A stretch of 64,000 bases of DNA from Kiritimatiellia bacterium. Lineage in GTDB: Bacteria; Verrucomicrobiota; Kiritimatiellia; UBA8416; JABMPJ01. The stretch covers positions 8,896 through 72,895 of the forward strand of contig JASLOA010000017.1 in the NCBI GenBank assembly GCA_030745755.1. Direction: 5' to 3'. The notes beneath the pieces are model-generated. The model was not told where the DNA came from. It did no database searches and saw only the letters and a program-made list of their open reading frames with translations. The translations under genes were made by a program, and so were the position numbers. Positions 30,889-38,954 of the stretch are shown here, one piece after another; position 1 is the first letter of the stretch, and each line of letters starts with the position of its first letter.

Positions 30889-31878
30889 CTAGAGCCCCAG
30901 TGCGGTCGGATGTTCTTTCTTGAGCCGCTCGATCGTCTCGGCGTTGGCAACCATGCTCGGAATCGGCACGCGCTTCTCCAGTGCCTCACCGTTGATGGCC
31001 CTGACCACGAGCTGGACGCCCTGGTATCCGATCTCAAACGGATTCTGTACGATCAGCGCCACCACTTTGCCCGCCTCAATGCCCTCGACCAACACCTTGT
31101 CGGAGTCGAAACCCACGAACTTGACCTCGGTTGCGAGACCGAGACTGTCCAGTGCCTTGTACGCACCAACCGAACTGGGGTGATTGACCGCGAACAGGCC
31201 GTCAACCTTGCCCCTGTTCCGCAGTAGCATGTCGGCTGTCTTCTGCCGGCAGTCTTCGGGGGTCCCCAGCGTGTACTGCTGGTCGACGATCTTCATGTTC
31301 GGAAACTCCCTGGCGAGTGTCTCGGCAAAACCGGCAGCCCGGGCGTCGGTTGACGCGGAGTTCTGGACGAACTTGGTCAGGATGATGTTGCCGCGGCCAC
31401 TCAGAACGCCCCCCATGATACGGGCCGCTTCGGCGCCGCCTGCGTAGTTATCCGTCGCCGCAAACGCGGCATACATGGACGGGTCCGCATCCACAGCCGA
31501 GTCGATGATAACGCACGGTATACCGGCGGCCTTGACCTTCTCTACGGGCCTGACAAGCGCCTGTGAATCGTTGGGGCCCAGCACGATGCCGGCAACGCCC
31601 TTGGCCATGACATCCTCAACCGCAGAGATCTGCTTCTCCCGGTCGCTTTCCTGCTCGGGACCGGTCCAGATGACCTCGTACCCCAGGTCACGCGCGGCCT
31701 GGTTGGCTCCCTTGTGGACCACCTCCCACCACATGGACGCCGTGCCCTTGGGGATGACGGCCAGCAGCTTCACCTCGTCCTGTCCCTCATCGTACGACAG
31801 CTTCTTGACCACGCCGCTGACAAACAGCACAGCCGATACGGTCAGGATGGCGGTAACCCCCCAGTTCCCCTTCGTCAT
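30889..31878 (-). CDS. Sugar ABC transporter substrate-binding protein
   Basis: VIPKG..WW..V..GA, IIDS, ATDNYAGG, VGFDS, VQNPFEIGY. Confidence 0.9.
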   Translation of the reverse strand: MTKGNWGVTAILTVSAVLFVSGVVKKLSYDEGQDEVKLLAVIPKGTASMWWEVVHKGANQAARDLGYEVIWTGPEQESDREKQISAVEDVMAKGVAGIVLGPNDSQALVRPVEKVKAAGIPCVIIDSAVDADPSMYAAFAATDNYAGGAEAARIMGGVLSGRGNIILTKFVQNSASTDARAAGFAETLAREFPNMKIVDQQYTLGTPEDCRQKTADMLLRNRGKVDGLFAVNHPSSVGAYKALDSLGLATEVKFVGFDSDKVLVEGIEAGKVVALIVQNPFEIGYQGVQLVVRAINGEALEKRVPIPSMVANAETIERLKKEHPTALGL

Positions 31879-31891
31879 GGTATCTCCTTAT

Positions 31892-33136
31892 CTACAATGC
31901 CGTCTTGATAGCATCCAGCGTCGCGCCTAGCAGACGACGCGCGAGCGGGTCCAACTCATCTTCCAAGCCCTGAATATGGAAAGTGCGCTGCACGTGACGC
32001 ATCCTCTCGCCGGGCTGGAGCGCGGCGGCAGGCGAAGAGGTCTCCAGCTCATAGAACGGTCCCAGCGGAGCAACGCCCGGTTCGGGTGATCCGTCGTTGT
32101 AGGAGTTGATCACGTCGCCCGCGTACGGATGCTCCTGAAGCTCCCACATGGAGTTAACGAAGCCGTTCGGCGCGTCCTGCACATTGTAGGTCACGATGTT
32201 GAGCACCTGGCCAGCAGCGTCGTAACTGCCCGCAATGCCTTTGGAGCGCTGCGGAGTGATTCCGATCTTGCCGCGCCGGGTGCCGTCGCCGCGGAAGAAG
32301 AGCTTCTGCTCCTCGACTTTCAGGTACTCCGGCGAAACCTTGCCGAAGTAAGTGTCGTTGACTTTCGGGCCCAGTTCCTTCTCGCCGCCCTTCTTGAAGG
32401 GAATCACGACGGTTGTTTCGGGCGAGGGGTTGTACATACCAAGAATCCAGATCGAAAGCAGACCCGTCTCCGGCTTCCAGGCATTGGAACCCGCGTTGGT
32501 GATTCGGTTGTCCGTTTCATACCCCACCATGCGCAGTCCCGCGCCGAGCTCAACGCCCAGTAGCCTGGCGGCATCTTCTTTGGCAAGCAGCTTAACCGTG
32601 CGCTCAATGCCAATATCGAAGGTGGTGCCGCTGTAGTTGACCAGCTTCGCGCTGTGCTTGAACGTCGCGGTGTCTTTGGTTTGCGAGACGATTTCGAATG
32701 CCTCGGTATCGATCACCGGGGGCGTTGCCCAGTCAGAGAACTCAAACTTCGTTCCGGGCTTGAAGAAGATCGCGTACTGACCACCCTCGGGTCCAAGCCA
32801 GAAGCGCTCTTCTCCGCCGAAGATGTAGATATGCTCTTCGAGCTTCCCCTTCTTTTCTTCGTCCGAAAGGAGTCCCTTCTCAATGACCGGCCGATTGATC
32901 CATCCAAAGCTAGGCCCGGCCTCGCGGTCGAAGGTACTGGTCATCACACGCCCCTGGTAGCCAGGCGCCACCGCAACCGCTGCATCACCGTCCTCCAGCA
33001 GAACAATCGGTGTGTGCTGCTTCATAAAAGCCACATCGTCGGCGAACCCACCGTCACCACTCATCGACGCGCATCCGGAAAGCATCACCGCCGCTCCAAC
33101 CATCCCCCATCCTGCTGCTGTCTGCACCTTCCTCAT
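31892..33136 (-). CDS. DUF6786-like lipoprotein
   Basis: Lipobox LSGC; PGYQGRVMTS, FGGEERFWLGPEGGQ, GLLSIWILGM, INSYNDG, FYELETSSPA. Confidence 0.7.
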   Translation of the reverse strand: MRKVQTAAGWGMVGAAVMLSGCASMSGDGGFADDVAFMKQHTPIVLLEDGDAAVAVAPGYQGRVMTSTFDREAGPSFGWINRPVIEKGLLSDEEKKGKLEEHIYIFGGEERFWLGPEGGQYAIFFKPGTKFEFSDWATPPVIDTEAFEIVSQTKDTATFKHSAKLVNYSGTTFDIGIERTVKLLAKEDAARLLGVELGAGLRMVGYETDNRITNAGSNAWKPETGLLSIWILGMYNPSPETTVVIPFKKGGEKELGPKVNDTYFGKVSPEYLKVEEQKLFFRGDGTRRGKIGITPQRSKGIAGSYDAAGQVLNIVTYNVQDAPNGFVNSMWELQEHPYAGDVINSYNDGSPEPGVAPLGPFYELETSSPAAALQPGERMRHVQRTFHIQGLEDELDPLARRLLGATLDAIKTAL

Positions 33137-33188
33137 CGTCTCTCCTTTCTGCGTGGACGCTTCCGGAAAGAATCCGCCCCAGCGACCT

Positions 33189-33436
33189 GGCCAATCAGCG
33201 CCTCATCAGGCGCGTCTAACGACACGGCTGTTCTCCCCCAGGCGTTAGAAACTCCCGCACCCATGCATGGCAGCCTATGTCGATTCCCCTCACGCCTGCA
33301 CACGTAACACATGAACGCTCAGCGAGTGTGCCACAATGGGACGGGGTCGGCCAACACCTGATTACGTGATGCGTGATGCAGGATACGACACCGAAGATTC
33401 TGCTTACCCAACGAAGGGAGGAATCAGGCGTTAGGC
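33189..33436 (+). repeat. Two tandem attC-like elements
   Basis: Both start GGCCAA and end CAGGCGTTAG; the second has an AACACCTGATT/AATCAGGCGTT stem and a GTTAGGC end. Confidence 0.4.
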
Positions 33437-33511
33437 TGGCTCACGAGACGCAACTCGGTCGCCTTATAGAAGACGCCGAAGAGGAAGGGCTGATCCGGAA
33501 CCCATTTACGC

Positions 33512-33540
33512 TTGAGAATACGTCGTCCGGAGAGTAGTCT
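33512..33540 (+). promoter_or_regulatory. Putative sigma70 promoter for tRNA-Pro
   Basis: TTGAGA-17 bp-TAGTCT, 22 bp before the tRNA. Confidence 0.55.
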
Positions 33541-33562
33541 CTGCGGTCTTTTCTGAGTACAT

Positions 33563-33639
33563 CGGGGTGTAGCGCAGCCTGGTAGCGCGTTAGCTTTGGG
33601 AGCTAAAAGTCGTGGGTTCGAATCCCACCACCCCGACCA
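33563..33639 (+). tRNA. tRNA-Pro(TGG)
   Basis: CGGGGTG/CACCCCG acceptor stem, anticodon arm TTAGC-TTTGGGA-GCTAA, GGTTCGAATCC, encoded CCA. Confidence 0.96.
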
Positions 33640-33686
33640 TTTGGGCCACAATAAGTGCGGCCTGGCGATCGACCCGGCGCCGACAG

Positions 33687-35264
33687 CTAGGCCGCTGTTC
33701 CCTGTTCCGACTGCGAAAGCTCGATCGGCTTGTAGCCGCCCTTCATGCGGAAGTAGACCATCAGTCCCGCGTAGCAGATCAACATGATCAGCGGTAGACT
33801 ACTCACTTTGAACAGTGCATCGCGTTTTGCCTGCTCCCGCACACCGACTACCTCGCCCTTGAACGCGTCGCGGGCCTCCTCGGTTGGCAGTGTTTCAGCA
33901 TGCGCCTCCAGGCGCTTCTCGTCGATGGGGCGGTACTTGCCAAACAGACTCTCCTTCTCATCCCCCGACACGACCTCATAGATCCCCGGCGCACTCTCAG
34001 CCAGGGATGTCTCTATGGTAGTGTTTTGGATGTAGCCCAGCCACGGTCCGCCCAGGATGCCTACACCGAGCATGCCTACACCGGCAATTGCGTTCAGCGT
34101 CAGTGCCCCGCCCTTCGGGAAGCGTTCGGCAATGAACCCCAGCGTGGTGGGCCAGAAGAAGCACTGTCCGGCACCGTAGATCGTGGATGCGAGCAGGATC
34201 GCGACACCGGCTTCCGTGCTGATCTTCGACAGCGTCACGATGCCAATGATCACCATCACACAACTCACGGCGAGCAAGCCCAGCGGGCTCAGTTTCGTGA
34301 TACGAAGGATCGGGCCGGTTAAAAAGCGCAACACCATCATCAGCGTTGCCGTGTAGACCAGAATCCAACCGGAGTTGAGACCGATCAACTCCATGGCGGG
34401 CCCCATTAGCTCCTTGATCCAACCATCCGTCCCCAGCTCAGTTGTCGCCAACAGAAGCATGACCACGAGCATGAAGATGTACATGGGGCGCCCGAAGGAC
34501 TTGACGTATAGCCCGTAGACGACTGCCACAACGACGGACGCGATGATCAGTGCCGCCCATGGAGTCGCCACGCCGGCCATTGCCGCAAACACACGGCCCA
34601 TTTCGCAGATGACAAGGATGGCCACGATCCCGATGCCCAGTCCGCCCGGCTCTTTCAGCATATCACGGTAGGACACACCGGCCGCAACGCGCTCGTTGAC
34701 CGGGAAGTGGCATTTCAGCAGCATGATGCCGTAAGCGATCGCCGGCAGGAAAATCAGAGCCGCTTTCACTTTCCAGTGGACGTCACCGAGCATGATCGTG
34801 AGGGCTCCGGCAATCATCAGGCCGCACGGCCACCCTGCATGCAGAATGTTCAGCCACTTGGTCTTCTCTTTGGGGTAAACCGTTGCCACGGCAGGATTGA
34901 TCACTGCTTCCACGGCGCCATTGCCCAGTGCTCCGACGAAGGCAGCCCAGTAGAGGGATTGATATCCCGTGGCCATAATGGTCATCACCGCCGACACAAT
35001 ATGACAGATGAACGCGAACCAGAGCCCGTTGCGGTCACCAATCTTGTCGACCACCAGGCTGAAGATGACGATGCTGATGGCGAATGGCCACAGCCCAGCC
35101 CCAAAAATCTCTCCGAGCTGTGTTTCACTCAGGTTGAATGCCGGGCCCCAATCGCCCAACAGGAATGCGCGACTAATGAATCCGAACGACGTGGCGACCA
35201 ACGACACGAAGCATGTCCAGAAAAGAAACCGCCGACTGCTATCAGGATGAGCACTTGAAGACAT
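33687..35264 (-). CDS. MFS transporter
   Basis: About 12 hydrophobic segments; LGNGAVEAVINP, LHAGWPCG, FFWPT..G..AERFPKGG; start after GAGGAGG Shine-Dalgarno. Confidence 0.88.
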   Translation of the reverse strand: MSSSAHPDSSRRFLFWTCFVSLVATSFGFISRAFLLGDWGPAFNLSETQLGEIFGAGLWPFAISIVIFSLVVDKIGDRNGLWFAFICHIVSAVMTIMATGYQSLYWAAFVGALGNGAVEAVINPAVATVYPKEKTKWLNILHAGWPCGLMIAGALTIMLGDVHWKVKAALIFLPAIAYGIMLLKCHFPVNERVAAGVSYRDMLKEPGGLGIGIVAILVICEMGRVFAAMAGVATPWAALIIASVVVAVVYGLYVKSFGRPMYIFMLVVMLLLATTELGTDGWIKELMGPAMELIGLNSGWILVYTATLMMVLRFLTGPILRITKLSPLGLLAVSCVMVIIGIVTLSKISTEAGVAILLASTIYGAGQCFFWPTTLGFIAERFPKGGALTLNAIAGVGMLGVGILGGPWLGYIQNTTIETSLAESAPGIYEVVSGDEKESLFGKYRPIDEKRLEAHAETLPTEEARDAFKGEVVGVREQAKRDALFKVSSLPLIMLICYAGLMVYFRMKGGYKPIELSQSEQGTAA

Positions 35265-35559
35265 GCAACTACCTCCTCGTTTTGTGTGTTTCGATGGGCG
35301 CTTGGACCCCACCCTTACCATTCCAACTATCGACTCCACAACAGCAAAAAAGCAAATCACGGGACAGCACGGTAGGGCTCATTCCCCAACGTGAGGCAGC
35401 TTGACCCTGGCACTGGCTGGGCCCAGAACTACCATCCGGTAGCGCAGCAGGCAATCCCCTCTCCGCACCCAGGCAATTTGCGGTGTACGCACGTTGCTTA
35501 GTGTCCGAGGCAATTGCTCACTATTGATGCGGAGAGCGGATGGCGCTACAATAGGCGTC

Positions 35560-36408
35560 ATGAGGGCGATACTCACTTGCTGCGTGCTCACGGCAGTTTC
35601 CGTGTCGGCAACCACGCTCGACGATATTCGCGTGCATTCGGTGCAGTCGGATGTCTTCGAGTACAAGTTCACGTCGGTCGTTTCTTCGCGCACGCCCGTC
35701 ACGCTCGCCTTCAACCACACCTCGGGGGATACGGTCTTTGCCCGGGTGGGCGAACGTGTAGGCCGTTATGCCCTGACCCGGTTCGATACACAGGACAACG
35801 GAGAGACTATCGCTGTGCTACAGGGCGTGGACGGCAAACGCTACACACTTGCGATGGGCTGCCCCCTGCCCCAGCCCGGGCAGGTGGTCTGCCTGACCTC
35901 ACTTGAGAACGGGGGGTGGATCTATACTCGTCCCGGCGAAACGTTTCAACTGGGGGGCAGTAGCGTAACGGTTCAGTTGGGTGAGACGAACCAGGTCAGT
36001 CTTCTGAGCGGAACCCGTACGCTTCGCGCCGCAGCACTGACAGAGCCCGAGAAGGCACAGCTCCAGTCACTGTGGGCTGCGCGGAAGCGCGAGGCGGAGG
36101 CCGCCGCACAGGTGGCGCACGAGAAAGCCGCGGCAGCCAGGAAGCAGCAGCGCGTAGACAGCATGCTGGCGAATGCGAGCGTACCCCGCCCTGAGGCCCG
36201 GCGGCGCACCTACCCATCAGGCACCACCCGAGGCAGACCCCGACAAAGCGGCATGAACGTGGGCACGGAATACCGCTACCCCATTGAGTACGACATCGTC
36301 CCTGTTACCTACACCTGTGGCAAAACCGGACAGCGAGTCACCCGCCCCGTCACCGTGCCCACCCGCTTCACCACGCGAAGCGTCTCCTTCAACGTCAATA
36401 TCCGCTGA
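35560..36408 (+). CDS. Hypothetical secreted protein
   Basis: Signal peptide MRAILTCCVLTAVSVSA; beta-rich N-terminus, Ala/Lys-rich helix, C-terminal EYRYPIEY..VPTRFTTR. Confidence 0.65.
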   Translation: MRAILTCCVLTAVSVSATTLDDIRVHSVQSDVFEYKFTSVVSSRTPVTLAFNHTSGDTVFARVGERVGRYALTRFDTQDNGETIAVLQGVDGKRYTLAMGCPLPQPGQVVCLTSLENGGWIYTRPGETFQLGGSSVTVQLGETNQVSLLSGTRTLRAAALTEPEKAQLQSLWAARKREAEAAAQVAHEKAAAARKQQRVDSMLANASVPRPEARRRTYPSGTTRGRPRQSGMNVGTEYRYPIEYDIVPVTYTCGKTGQRVTRPVTVPTRFTTRSVSFNVNIR

Positions 36409-36452
36409 CAGATTCACCCCAAAACGGCGGGAGTTTCTTCCTGCGTTAGGCC

Positions 36453-36902
36453 TTATAGCACGTTCGGGACCGTATCCTTCGGCTTCACCTTATACCAGGC
36501 GTCCTCAATGACGCCGCTCGCATCGACCAGGAACGAGGAGCGGATGATGCCCATGTATTTCTTGCCGTACATCGACTTTTCGCCCCATGCACCATAGGCT
36601 TCGGCCACGCTGTGGTCCGTATCGCAGAGCAACGGGAAGCCGAGGCCGTACTTGTCATCGAACTTTTTTTGCGCTGCGGATCTGTCCGGGCTAATGCCGA
36701 CGGTCTTGATTCCCGCGGCCTCGAAGTCCGCCTGCGCCTCACTCACCGCGCACGACTGCACCGTGCACCCGGGCGTACTGGCTTTCGGGTAGAAGTAGAT
36801 CAAGAGCCGCTCCCCCTTGAAGTCGGCCAGTGATACCGTGTTCTCGCCCTGATCCACCAGCGTGAATGCCGGTGCCTTGTCGCCTGCTTTCAGTGTGCTC
36901 AT
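36453..36902 (-). CDS. bcp: Thioredoxin-dependent thiol peroxidase (Bcp/PrxQ)
   Basis: YFYPKASTPGCTVQSC, GISPD, YMGIIRSSF. Confidence 0.95.
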   Translation of the reverse strand: MSTLKAGDKAPAFTLVDQGENTVSLADFKGERLLIYFYPKASTPGCTVQSCAVSEAQADFEAAGIKTVGISPDRSAAQKKFDDKYGLGFPLLCDTDHSVAEAYGAWGEKSMYGKKYMGIIRSSFLVDASGVIEDAWYKVKPKDTVPNVL

Positions 36903-36927
36903 TGCTTGCTCCTTCTGTTCTTGTTCA

Positions 36928-38208
36928 TTACAGAGTCTTCTCCCTGCAGCGCATGGGAATGTATGGCGGCAGGCGCCTCTCAACAAACCGTGGCTCGATG
37001 CGCGCAAAGCGGTCGGCGACTGTGACGGGGCCTTCTCCGATGAGCGGTTGCGCATAGCGGATGAAGTCGTCGGTTACATCGAGACCATCTTCAGTGATCC
37101 ACGCCTGGGGTATCGGCCGGAACGAGTTCGCAATCTGCTCGAGCGGCGCATGCCCATACTCGGCCCGGTAAGACTCGCCCGGCGCGCGCAGAATGCTGGC
37201 CATGAATCCGGTGCCCTGCTCCATTGCCACTTCAACGGCATGGCGTCCCACCTCAAGCGCTTCGTCGCGATCGACCGGCGACTGGTGGGCCGACATGGAA
37301 CGCTGCAAAACACCGGGCACCTGCCAGGTAGCCTGGCCGCGTGCGGCGAGTCCATGGTCGTTCAGATAGCTCGCGACAATCTGGGCCGCGCAGGTCTTGC
37401 TGGCGCCGTACTCGATGTGCCCGAACCCGTCGTGGGCCTCGCCCAAATCGCCGACATCGAATCCTTCACTCACCACCACGATACAGCGTCCGTCCGTTCG
37501 AAGCTGACGGTTAACATTCTCGTGCAGTGATTCGAGCGTGTGGTGTGCCTCGGCCATGTAGATCTGGAGCGGCATCTCGCGCTGCGGGTCGGCCAGCCGG
37601 GCGGCAGCGGGAATGTAGCCCGCCTTGCGCCCCATGGCCTGCAGTACGGAGACGCATTCAGAAGGACACATACCCCGGTTCTCTTCGTTCGTATCGCGGA
37701 CGATGCCGGCCCAGTAGCGCGCCGTGCTTCCGTAACCCGGGGTGTGATCGAGCAGCGTGAACTCGGGGTCGCCCACGTCGTTGTCGATGGTCTTGGGGAC
37801 ACCGGTGCAGATCACGTCGAGCCCCTTGGCGTGGGCCAGGTCGGATACCTTGTGGGCCGTATCCATCGAGTCGTTGCCGCCGATATAGAAGAAATAGCGG
37901 ATGTCGTGGGCGCGAAACACCTCGATGATGCGGTCGAAGTCCTCGTCCTGCTCCGGCGTCAGCTTGTAGCGACATGTTCCGATGGCACCTGAGGCGGGCG
38001 TGTGCTTGAGAAGGGTGAGTTCAGCTTGATCCTGCGCGTACAGGTCGATCAGCTCTTCGTTGAGCACCCCCTCTATGCCATGCCAGGCGGCATAGAGCGT
38101 CTTGGTGCGTTCCGGGTAGGCCCGGCACCCCTCGATTACGCCTTGCAGCGAAGCATTGATGACCGGTGAAGGACCACCCGACTGTGCGACCAGTGCGTTC
38201 ATATGCAT
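36928..38208 (-). CDS. pfp: Pyrophosphate-dependent phosphofructokinase
   Basis: QSGGPSPVINAS, GTCRYK, GGNDSMD (Asp diagnostic of PPi use), PKTIDND, MGRKAG. Confidence 0.88.
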   Translation of the reverse strand: MHMNALVAQSGGPSPVINASLQGVIEGCRAYPERTKTLYAAWHGIEGVLNEELIDLYAQDQAELTLLKHTPASGAIGTCRYKLTPEQDEDFDRIIEVFRAHDIRYFFYIGGNDSMDTAHKVSDLAHAKGLDVICTGVPKTIDNDVGDPEFTLLDHTPGYGSTARYWAGIVRDTNEENRGMCPSECVSVLQAMGRKAGYIPAAARLADPQREMPLQIYMAEAHHTLESLHENVNRQLRTDGRCIVVVSEGFDVGDLGEAHDGFGHIEYGASKTCAAQIVASYLNDHGLAARGQATWQVPGVLQRSMSAHQSPVDRDEALEVGRHAVEVAMEQGTGFMASILRAPGESYRAEYGHAPLEQIANSFRPIPQAWITEDGLDVTDDFIRYAQPLIGEGPVTVADRFARIEPRFVERRLPPYIPMRCREKTL

Positions 38209-38765
38209 TAGCTCCCAAATACCAGCTGTGACTGTGTAGCCCTGCCCATGGCGTCCTCGTGAATGCCTTCCTGTGCGAGCAGCAGGCGTTTCATCTCACC
38301 CCCACCCCCATATGAACCCAGTGTGCGGTCCGCCCGTATGACCCGATGGCAGGGGATGATCAGAGGGAAAGGATTGGTCGCCATGGCATTCCCCACCGCC
38401 CGGGCACCTCCGCGGCAACCGACATGCGCCGCCAGGCCTCCATACGTGGCGACATACCCACGCCCGATAGCGTGGGTCGCACGCAGCACTTTCTCGCGAA
38501 AAGCGCCACAGTCTCCCAAGGCGAGGAGATCGAGTGCGAACGTCACATCCTCACCCTCGAGGAACGCGGCCATCTGATCCGCCAGCCCACTGACCTCGCG
38601 ACAGGACGACTTGCTTGCTTCCGGATACCGCTCTGCGGCGCTCTGCACGGCAGGGCGAGCGGGAGAAGAGATCATGACCCGGGCAACCGATGGCCTCTCC
38701 GATTGCACAGACCAAGCCAACACAATTGGACCGAACGGCGTCTGCTCTAGCGTATTCAGGTTCAT
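38208..38765 (-). CDS. ogt: Methylated-DNA-protein-cysteine methyltransferase
   Basis: TYGGLA, ARAVGNA..NP..IIPCHRV, YGGG. Confidence 0.93.
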   Translation of the reverse strand: MNLNTLEQTPFGPIVLAWSVQSERPSVARVMISSPARPAVQSAAERYPEASKSSCREVSGLADQMAAFLEGEDVTFALDLLALGDCGAFREKVLRATHAIGRGYVATYGGLAAHVGCRGGARAVGNAMATNPFPLIIPCHRVIRADRTLGSYGGGGEMKRLLLAQEGIHEDAMGRATQSQLVFGS

Positions 38766-38814
38766 ATCGGTTCAGGGAAGATAGCGAATGAGAGCAGAGG
38801 TGAACATCCGTAAT

Positions 38815-38880
38815 TTGGAGTGCGGGGGCGTGTCGCCGCGGTGGGGGCGCCGCGGGGGGCTCCCCCCCCCCGCACTCCAA
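38815..38880. repeat. GC-rich palindromic REP-like element
   Basis: TTGGAGTGCGGGGG ... CCCCCGCACTCCAA perfect 14-bp arms, includes a C10 run. Confidence 0.8.
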
Positions 38881-38954
38881 AGTATATACCATTGACAGAC
38901 TTCACGGTTTCCCGCTTTAATCCGCCCTTTTCCGAACCAAACAAAGGAATCGCA

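Noticed and set aside
16439-33639. Prophage or ICE integrated at one of the three tRNAs
   Set aside because: No repeated tRNA 3' ends were seen, and no phage or conjugation genes are present
36862-37530. 222-aa plus-strand ORF
   Set aside because: Antisense shadow of pfp and bcp, typical of GC-rich DNA; the same applies to the many other long antisense ORFs in the track
38815-38880. CIRCE (HrcA) operator upstream of htpG
   Set aside because: GAGTGC and GCACTC are in the opposite order and about 50 bp apart, not TTAGCACTC-N9-GAGTGCTAA
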